In this document: piece after piece, positions 57,322 through 64,000 of the stretch
How the letters are laid out: each line of letters opens with the position of its first letter
Position numbering within the stretch: position 1 is the first letter of the stretch
Source of the DNA: an uncultured Gammaproteobacteria bacterium
Lineage (GTDB): Bacteria; Patescibacteriota; Microgenomatia; UBA12405
DNA: 64,000 nucleotides
Direction: 5' to 3'
Assembly: GCA_964544275.1 (NCBI GenBank)
Contig: CAZIZX010000002.1
Span: 2,056 to 66,055 of the forward strand
Notes under the pieces: model-generated
What the model was told of the DNA's origin: nothing
Database searches by the model: none
What the model saw: the letters and a program-made list of their open reading frames with translations, nothing else
Position numbers and translations under genes: made by a program

Positions 57322-59849
57322 TGACTGACATTAGAATGTTATCAAGCAGGGATAACTTAAAAGAGGGCTTACCCGAGGTAAAGATATCGGAAAATGCCCG
57401 ATATATTGCCGAAAGCAGGTATGCCATGAAAGACAGTGAAGGCAGAGCTACCGAAAAGGTTGACGATATTTATTGGAGGGTAGCCAGTAACATAGCTAAA
57501 GCTGACGGGGTGTTTAATAAGAATGATGGTCAGGTAAATGATTTGGCGGTTAGTTTTTTTGGGTTGATGGCGGAACAAAAATTTTTTCCCAATACACCGT
57601 GTCTGGTGAATGCAGGTAAGGAAAATCAGCAATTATCGGCTTGTTTTGTGCTGCCGATAGAGGATTCAATGAAGTCTATTTTGGAGACGATGTCAGATAT
57701 GGCCATGATTCATAAAAGCGGAGGAGGGACGGGGTTTTCATTTTCGCGACTGAGACCTTATGGGGATTATATAAAAACTAGTGGTGGAACGACGGTGGGT
57801 CCGGTGTCGTTTATGCAGGCTTATAACGATGTGACCTCGCAGATTAAGCAAGGTGGGGTGAGAAGAGGGGCGAATATGGGAATGCTGTCGATTGAACACC
57901 CGGACGTACTGAGGTTTGCGGTGGTCAAATTGGATGAGTATAGCTTGACTAACTTCAACATATCGTTGGCGGTGACTAATAAGTTTATGGAAAAAATTGA
58001 GGGGGACAAAAAGTTTGTGGCGGATGATTCGGTACCGGAGGGGACGGTTGAGTTTATTCGAGAAGCGGAACAGAATCGGGATGTAGATATGAAGTTGAGG
58101 CAAATAGAGGAAGGAGTGGCTAAATTATATGAGTGGGCGGAAGCCAAGAGTGAGGGTGAAGGATATGAGTTGATTAACCCTAGAGATGGAAAAGTGACTA
58201 TGAGGTTGAATGCTTATAAGGTATTTAATTTGATTACCAGGTTGGCCTGGCAATATGGTGATCCGGGATTGGTGTTTATTGACAGGATGAATGACGAAAG
58301 GTCGAATCCGGTGATAAAGTTGGGGAAAATTGAAGCCACAAATCCGTGCGGGGAACAACCGTTGTTGCCTTATGATGCCTGTAATTTGGGTAGTTTAAAC
58401 CTGGCTAAATTTGTAACAGGCGAGGGTAGAGTGGATTGGGATGATTTGGCGAAAACAACCAGGCAGGCAGTTCATTTTTTGGATAATGTGGTGGAGACGA
58501 ATCAGTTTCCGGTGGAGAAGATTGGGGAAACGGTTAGGAAATTTCGGAGGATCGGGTTGGGGGTGATGGGGTTTGCCGATATGCTGTTTAAGTTGGGGGT
58601 TAAATATGATTCAGACGAGGGTTTGGAATGGGCGGGAAAGATAATGAAATTTATCGATGAAAAGGCCAGAGAAGCAACGGCGGAATTAGGAAGGGAAAGA
58701 GGGGTGTTTCCAGCTTGGGAGGAGAGTGTGTTTGCGGGAACTGATTATCGACCAAGAAATATGGCCCTAACGACGATTGCGCCAACCGGAACAATCAGCA
58801 TGATTGCCGATACCAGCAGTGGAATAGAACCGGTTTTTTCGCTGGCTTATCAAAAAAATACGGTTGAAGGCAAGGTACTTTATAATGTCAACCCGGTTCT
58901 GGTGGAAGTGTTGAAGAAGCGAAATTTGTATGACGAAAAGTTAATTGAGAAAATTGTGGCCAATGGTGGGGTGCTGGGTGGGTTAACAGAGGTGCCGGAT
59001 GATATTAAAAAAGTTTTTGTGAGTGCTCTGGAGATTTCACCTGAGTGGCACGTTAAAATTCAGGCGGCTTTTCAGAAACATGTGGACAATGCGGTGTCCA
59101 AGACGATAAATTTCCCCAAAGAAGCGAGAGTAGAAGACGTGCGAGAGGCGTATTTACAAGCGTATACTTTGGGGACTAAAGGTATAACAATATATCGTAC
59201 TGGATCAAGAGAAAAGGAAATTTTGCAGAAAGTGAAAACGGGGGACAAGAACAAGGAAGCAGGGGGTGAGGGTAACGGTAAGTCGAATTGGCATTTGGCT
59301 AAGAAGAAAAGTACGCCGAGTATTGCCAATGGGGTGCGGGTGAAGAAGGGCTGTGACATGGGGAATGTTTACACTTCGGTGTTTTTTGAGGAGGGAGACG
59401 GGCCGGTGGAAGTGTTTGTGACTTTGGGTAAAAGTGGCGGGTATATGGCCGGAGCGGCCGAAGTAACAGGCAGATTGGCTTCGTTGGCATTGAAATATGG
59501 GGCCAGTTTGAATGAGGTAGCTGAAGAAATGGTAGGAATATCATGTGGACAAAGAGTAGGGTTGGGCAGCAATGCGGTTTTGAGTATGTTTGATGCAGTA
59601 GGGAAATCGATTTTGGAGATTTGGAGGGGGGAGCAGTTGGACTTATTTGGCGCAGAGGAGGGAGCGAATAAGGTTAACTCGGCACCAACCCTAAATCTGG
59701 AGGCGGATATGTTATCGGAAATCAGGACCAAATTAGCTGATACTGAGAGTAAATTCAGTTCCTGTCCGGATTGTGGTAGTCCGCTGTATGCGGAAGAGGG
59801 ATGTTTTAAATGTTCAAACAGTTTTTGCGGTTACAGCAAGTGTAGTTAA
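57321..59849 (+). CDS. nrdJ: Class II (adenosylcobalamin-dependent) ribonucleotide reductase with TSCPD-like and Zn-ribbon C-terminus
   Basis: PNTP.L.NAG, LSACFV, GGGTG..FS, RRGANMG, TNPCGEQPL, IAPTGTIS, KGITIYR. Confidence 0.95.
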   Translation: MTDIRMLSSRDNLKEGLPEVKISENARYIAESRYAMKDSEGRATEKVDDIYWRVASNIAKADGVFNKNDGQVNDLAVSFFGLMAEQKFFPNTPCLVNAGKENQQLSACFVLPIEDSMKSILETMSDMAMIHKSGGGTGFSFSRLRPYGDYIKTSGGTTVGPVSFMQAYNDVTSQIKQGGVRRGANMGMLSIEHPDVLRFAVVKLDEYSLTNFNISLAVTNKFMEKIEGDKKFVADDSVPEGTVEFIREAEQNRDVDMKLRQIEEGVAKLYEWAEAKSEGEGYELINPRDGKVTMRLNAYKVFNLITRLAWQYGDPGLVFIDRMNDERSNPVIKLGKIEATNPCGEQPLLPYDACNLGSLNLAKFVTGEGRVDWDDLAKTTRQAVHFLDNVVETNQFPVEKIGETVRKFRRIGLGVMGFADMLFKLGVKYDSDEGLEWAGKIMKFIDEKAREATAELGRERGVFPAWEESVFAGTDYRPRNMALTTIAPTGTISMIADTSSGIEPVFSLAYQKNTVEGKVLYNVNPVLVEVLKKRNLYDEKLIEKIVANGGVLGGLTEVPDDIKKVFVSALEISPEWHVKIQAAFQKHVDNAVSKTINFPKEARVEDVREAYLQAYTLGTKGITIYRTGSREKEILQKVKTGDKNKEAGGEGNGKSNWHLAKKKSTPSIANGVRVKKGCDMGNVYTSVFFEEGDGPVEVFVTLGKSGGYMAGAAEVTGRLASLALKYGASLNEVAEEMVGISCGQRVGLGSNAVLSMFDAVGKSILEIWRGEQLDLFGAEEGANKVNSAPTLNLEADMLSEIRTKLADTESKFSSCPDCGSPLYAEEGCFKCSNSFCGYSKCS

Positions 59850-59851
59850 TT

Positions 59852-60328
59852 ATGTCGATAACAACTAAAACAGGAGATGGAGGAAAAAGTCGGTGGATGG
59901 GAAGAGAGGAAGACAAAGACGGTGTTTTGCTGGAGGCGATAGGAGTAATAGATGAATTGAAAGCGGTGACCGGGATGATAAAAACGGCAGATATTGATAA
60001 TGAGATGGGGAAAATCGAGGAGGACTTGTGGGGAATAATGGGTGAGTTGAGTTGTGAGGTGGTTTTTGGGGGTTACGATGAGCGAGTTAGGGAGATGGAG
60101 GAGGAAATTGTCAAAATTGAGTCTGGGGTGAGGCCAATTAGTAAATTTGTGGGGTTTGAAAGTGAAGTGGGGGTAAAATTGAATTGGGTTCGGACAGTAG
60201 CCAGAAGGGCGGAAAGAAGAGTGGTGGGTTTGAGTAAGAGGAGGAAAGTTGATCCGAGAGCTTTAGTTTATTTTAATAGATTGTCGGATTATTTGTTTAT
60301 GCTGGGGAGGAGGGCGGAAGAAGATTAA
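59852..60328 (+). CDS. pduO: PduO-type ATP:cob(I)alamin adenosyltransferase
   Basis: TKTGDGG, EA.G.IDEL, RTVARRAER, Y.NRLSDYLF. Confidence 0.92.
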   Translation: MSITTKTGDGGKSRWMGREEDKDGVLLEAIGVIDELKAVTGMIKTADIDNEMGKIEEDLWGIMGELSCEVVFGGYDERVREMEEEIVKIESGVRPISKFVGFESEVGVKLNWVRTVARRAERRVVGLSKRRKVDPRALVYFNRLSDYLFMLGRRAEED

Positions 60329-60410
60329 TTAAAAAGGGGAAGCGGGGTGAAATTCCCCCACTGTGCCGCAACGGTGATAGTCCGAGGACCAAATCTTTCG
60401 AGCAAAAGAT
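60318..60410 (+). ncRNA. Compact cobalamin riboswitch
   Basis: AAAAGGGGAA-GCGGGGTGAAATTCCCCCACTGTGCCGCAACGGTGA...AGTCCGAGGACC core motifs, then ATCTTT/AAAGAT hairpin abutting ATG 60411. Confidence 0.75.
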
Positions 60411-61313
60411 ATGTTGGGGCGGGTAGAAGTTGTAAACCAATATTTTGATCCGAGGAAGTACAAAAGAGACGATTTGGCGAGGATTTTGATGGAAAACAGA
60501 GATACATCGGATTTAGCCAAGAGGGTGGCTCCTTATGAATTGAATTTTGATAAATATGGTAATCCGAATTTTCCGGTGAGAAGAGAAACGAGAATTGATT
60601 TGCTGGAAATTGCGGCCTATGAGAGGATGAGAAGTTTGGCTTATGAGGGACAAAAATATATTTTGTGGATTAGTCCACCGTCGGAGGAGGCCGGATATGT
60701 GGAGAATCGGTTCGTGGTGGCGATAGTGAGGCGAGTGGGGGAGGAGGTAGAAATGGAATGTCGGGGAATTTGTGCTAAATATAGTGAAGAGGAGTGTCTG
60801 GAATTGGGTAACAGGATATTTTCCGAATGTTCTTCTTACCATGAATTGGAAAATAGCGACGATTTGAGAAGGACACCGATTCCGGTTGGGGTAGATGAGG
60901 AAAAAGAGAATTGGATCGATGTATTGGAAAAATTTATTGATTTGCCTTCGGTATGGGGGGCAATAAGGCAGGGGATAGATTTGGACAATTTAAGAAAAAT
61001 GAATGAGGTGGCCAGGACAGTGGAAGTGCAATTTAGAGGTATTTTAGAAAGAGGGATAAAAACCCAGGAAGAATCAATAATGATTGGGGCGATGATGGAA
61101 CAGTTTATTGAGAGACGCTTTGGGATTAGTTTGATGGCAGGAGGGGGGCACGGGATGTCCAACAGTGCGGCATTAGGACGGGTTTCGGCCAGAAGCCCGT
61201 TTACGGAGTTGTTTGACAGGAGTAAGGTGATAGGCAGGGAGGGGAAAAAATACTGTGAACTATGTGGTACTTGGTATAGCGGCGAGAAGTGTCCTTATTG
61301 TGGGAAGGGATGA
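60411..61313 (+). CDS. Hypothetical soluble protein with C-terminal Zn-ribbon (CxxC...CxxC)
   Basis: 300-aa ORF, no TM, WISPP motif, C-terminal CELC-8-CPYC. Confidence 0.75.
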   Translation: MLGRVEVVNQYFDPRKYKRDDLARILMENRDTSDLAKRVAPYELNFDKYGNPNFPVRRETRIDLLEIAAYERMRSLAYEGQKYILWISPPSEEAGYVENRFVVAIVRRVGEEVEMECRGICAKYSEEECLELGNRIFSECSSYHELENSDDLRRTPIPVGVDEEKENWIDVLEKFIDLPSVWGAIRQGIDLDNLRKMNEVARTVEVQFRGILERGIKTQEESIMIGAMMEQFIERRFGISLMAGGGHGMSNSAALGRVSARSPFTELFDRSKVIGREGKKYCELCGTWYSGEKCPYCGKG

Positions 61314-61320
61314 GGGAAAA

Positions 61321-61965
61321 TTATTCGTTGGCTTTGAGCCATTTTTCCCGTTGAAGATAGAGAAAACCCAGAACCAGGAAGATGCCAAGGACAGTGAGAA
61401 GAGACTCGATTTTGTCGAGGCCGTGAGCCAGTTGAACAAAGGCTTCACCAAGCTGAAAACCGATGAAACCCAAAATTGTGGCTCGAAGAAGAAGGGCCAG
61501 AAAAAGCATGGGGTAGAATTTGGCAGGAGGGACTTTGAAGCCCCCGCAGAAGCCGGTAATGAGAGAAACCGGGACAATGGGAATGGTGCAAGCAATGAGA
61601 ATAAAAAGTTCGTCTTTGATGGATTTTTGAAAATCAGTCCTGACTTTTTCGATTAACTTCCAAGAAAGACCAATGTATGGGCCAATTTTGTCGATAATGG
61701 GCTTACCGCCAAAATAGGCAAAGAAGTAGACCAAGCTGGTACCAAGAGTAGCGCCGATAGAATAGGGCAGGGCGACGTGAAGGAAGACGTTCCAGATAGT
61801 TTCAAAAAATGGATGGCCGTGTTCGACCAGGAAAGCGCCCCCGGCCATGGTGATGATGGGAGAAGGGATGGGAACAATGATTTGTTCGATAAAGCCTCCG
61901 GTCAGCATGGCCAGAGGGCCATTAACATGAACCAGTTCAAGGATATGATTGAGGATTTCAGTCAT
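61321..61965 (-). CDS. DedA/VTT-family membrane protein
   Basis: E..I.PIPS.....GG, GATLG....Y..A..GG; start ATG 61965. Confidence 0.85.
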   Translation of the reverse strand: MTEILNHILELVHVNGPLAMLTGGFIEQIIVPIPSPIITMAGGAFLVEHGHPFFETIWNVFLHVALPYSIGATLGTSLVYFFAYFGGKPIIDKIGPYIGLSWKLIEKVRTDFQKSIKDELFILIACTIPIVPVSLITGFCGGFKVPPAKFYPMLFLALLLRATILGFIGFQLGEAFVQLAHGLDKIESLLTVLGIFLVLGFLYLQREKWLKANE

Positions 61966-61996
61966 GTTTTGAGTATATAGGGGGATTTTCAATATA

Positions 61997-63058
61997 TCAA
62001 TTACCACTCCGAGTGCGATACCAATTGTCGATGCCCTGATGGTTTTTGGTAAAGAAGGCGTAGAAGTCGAGACCGTATTGTCGGCTACCGCCGGAGTAAC
62101 GGGTGGCCGCTTGGATGAGGGCTTCTTTGATGGATGGCTTTTGATCAAAGGATTCCCGGAGATAATCGGCAAAAACCCGGTAGCCGGTTTGGATATTAGT
62201 TTTGGGATCAAAGGGATTTTCTTTGTTCTGGAAATGAAAGGGCATAACCTGCATGAGACCCATAGCACCGGCAGTAGAAGTTAGATCGGGTGTACCCATA
62301 GATTCAAATTGGATAATAATGCCGGTGACGGAGCGGGAATATCCGGATGGAATAGATTTGACAATTTCCTGCCTCCAGGCGAGTACCTGGGGAACAAGGA
62401 ATAGTGGTAGTTGGTCGGTGTCGAGAAGGGGTATTGATTGGCTACCAGGAATTAAAACTGAGGGAGGAGTGGTTTGAGACTGAAAATATTGATTGAGGCT
62501 GATCTCTTGGAACGGTTTACCTGAAGTAGGACAGTAAAGGGTGAGTTTGTCGTGAAGAAGATCAGTGCCAGCGACAAGGTGGGTATAAGTGTATTGGGAA
62601 TTCTCGGGTTGGTGTTGAAGTAATAATGGGGCGGGAGACTGGACGGACAGTTGATGAAGCTGATCGGGGGTGGAGATTTGTCGGGTTTGATAGTCGGCTC
62701 CATAGGAATTAGCTAAGTCTTTGAGGGATTTCAGGTCGGTGCCTGAAGCTTGCCAGTTTTGTCTTGATAAACCCCGGAAGACTACTCCTTTGATGGAGTC
62801 GGGATTATTTTCAATAACCTGATTTTTGATGAGAGTTGAGGCCAGGGCCAACGGTCCGCTGGAGTTGCAGAGGCGGATATCATCTTCACGAAAGTCAGAT
62901 GATTTGATTTGAGGAAAACTGTGATGATGGATTTCGGGAGGAAGTCCTGAGAATGAGTCTGGGGTATGGGGGTGTCGGGTTCTGGGCAAAATCGTGTTTG
63001 CCGCTGTCAGGCCTGAAAGTCGTAGAAAATCCCGACGGGAATAAGTGCGTTCTGACAA
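61997..63058 (-). CDS. Twin-arginine-like signal, degenerate C39-like domain and lytic transglycosylase (SLT) domain
   Basis: SRRDFLR; ES.G.P...S.AGAMGLMQVMP, DP.TNI..G. Confidence 0.75.
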   Translation of the reverse strand: MSERTYSRRDFLRLSGLTAANTILPRTRHPHTPDSFSGLPPEIHHHSFPQIKSSDFREDDIRLCNSSGPLALASTLIKNQVIENNPDSIKGVVFRGLSRQNWQASGTDLKSLKDLANSYGADYQTRQISTPDQLHQLSVQSPAPLLLQHQPENSQYTYTHLVAGTDLLHDKLTLYCPTSGKPFQEISLNQYFQSQTTPPSVLIPGSQSIPLLDTDQLPLFLVPQVLAWRQEIVKSIPSGYSRSVTGIIIQFESMGTPDLTSTAGAMGLMQVMPFHFQNKENPFDPKTNIQTGYRVFADYLRESFDQKPSIKEALIQAATRYSGGSRQYGLDFYAFFTKNHQGIDNWYRTRSGN

Positions 63059-63151
63059 AGGATTTTTGTAAAAATACTGACAACACTAAATTATACCTGA
63101 TTTGAGGCCGTAAAGCAAGGATATATCCTTATAACGTGGGATTGGTTGAAT

Positions 63152-64000
63152 TTAAATTTTACGGTCGGGAAGGGTGGAGAGTTCTTTTTGCCAATTTGGC
63201 AGTCCGCACCACTGATGTTTTGCTTCGGGGCAAGGTGGAATCAGACCGACCTGGCGGCGGATAGCGCAGGGAGTTGGCTGATTAAAATAAGTACCAAGGA
63301 GAGAGTCGTATTGTTGGAGTTGGCGAAGCATTTCTAAGTTAAGACGCCAAATTTCTTCTTGGGCACGATAACAAGATCTGACAGCAGCAAAATGATAAAG
63401 AGTGCCAATTGGTGCTTTAATTTGCTTGGCAATAAGGGTGTTGTTGGTGGCCAGATATTCTGTTAAGGATGGATCGACACCCATATCTATAAGTTTGGTG
63501 CGGGATTTGGTGGCAAAGTCAGAAAGTCGGTGATATAAGTCTAGGGCTTCTTGATTTTCGGTAATTATGGGAGGGATATAGTAATCGTTTTCTTTGGTCG
63601 GAATGGGAATAGATCTATGGGGAGTGTGGGAAAAGCCGCGGTGGCGTTGTAATTGCGCATCGGCAGAAAGGCTGAGTCGGATAAGGAAGCCAGCGGTGGC
63701 GTTGTTTAGCGTTTGAGAAAATTGATCCAGAACAATCTCACCGTCAACCGAAGCAAGATACGAGTTGTTGGTTGGATTTAGAACACAGTCAAGTGCTTGG
63801 GAATCAGACATTTGAGATGGAGGATAACCCAAATGAAGACGGATGGCATTGGCGATTTGTTGACTAGGTTTGATATCAGGGGTTTCAAGCTTAATATTGC
63901 CACTATTTAGTTGATTAGTAATCACGGATTCAAATGCCACGTGATTCGGGGAGCCGAATCTTTTAATGGCTTTGGTTGCGGGTGAATTTTGAGGCAGGGG
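63152..64000 (-). CDS. thyX: FAD-dependent thymidylate synthase ThyX-like (5' partial)
   Basis: S....QLQRHR, R.C.RAQ.EI; frame stays open to the window end. Confidence 0.75.
   Translation of the reverse strand, partial: PLPQNSPATKAIKRFGSPNHVAFESVITNQLNSGNIKLETPDIKPSQQIANAIRLHLGYPPSQMSDSQALDCVLNPTNNSYLASVDGEIVLDQFSQTLNNATAGFLIRLSLSADAQLQRHRGFSHTPHRSIPIPTKENDYYIPPIITENQEALDLYHRLSDFATKSRTKLIDMGVDPSLTEYLATNNTLIAKQIKAPIGTLYHFAAVRSCYRAQEEIWRLNLEMLRQLQQYDSLLGTYFNQPTPCAIRRQVGLIPPCPEAKHQWCGLPNWQKELSTLPDRKI

Noticed and set aside
57321-59849. Intein or intron in nrdJ
   Set aside because: Continuous ORF of ordinary length without intein splice or homing-endonuclease motifs.
1-64000. CRISPR array, rRNA, IS elements, stop-codon reassignment
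   Set aside because: No spaced repeats, rRNA or transposase seen; TGA, TAG and TAA all terminate conserved genes at the expected positions.

Overview
Chromosomal segment of a small-genome bacterium, most likely Patescibacteria/CPR (Microgenomates-like). This is inferred from gene content and protein style, not from a database search. Code 11; the + strand looks G-rich throughout. The left 22.6 kb is a surface and competence region. It holds an unlisted giant (>984 aa, runs off the window start) membrane-anchored fibre protein whose N-terminus resembles half of a tyrosine-recombinase core-binding domain, an overlapping recombinase-CB-only gene, a DUF2341/LamG adhesin, comM-yraN-dprA, two WxL/DUF916-like gene sets split by ppdK, and comEA-comEC-MBL. 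The remainder is mostly housekeeping: leuS, 2 tRNAs, mreB, murB, ruvCAB, manC-like, rplJL with L10 leader, murF/ddl, secE-nusG-rplKA, nrdR-nrdJ-pduO, and partial thyX. Best candidates for novelty: (1) a split recombinase-CB/fibre system lacking any catalytic domain, (2) a cobalamin riboswitch ahead of an uncharacterised Zn-ribbon protein, (3) two twin-arginine-signal hydrolases, (4) a mosaic LamG gene, (5) pervasive leaderless gene starts. No CRISPR array, transposase, prophage or rRNA was seen.
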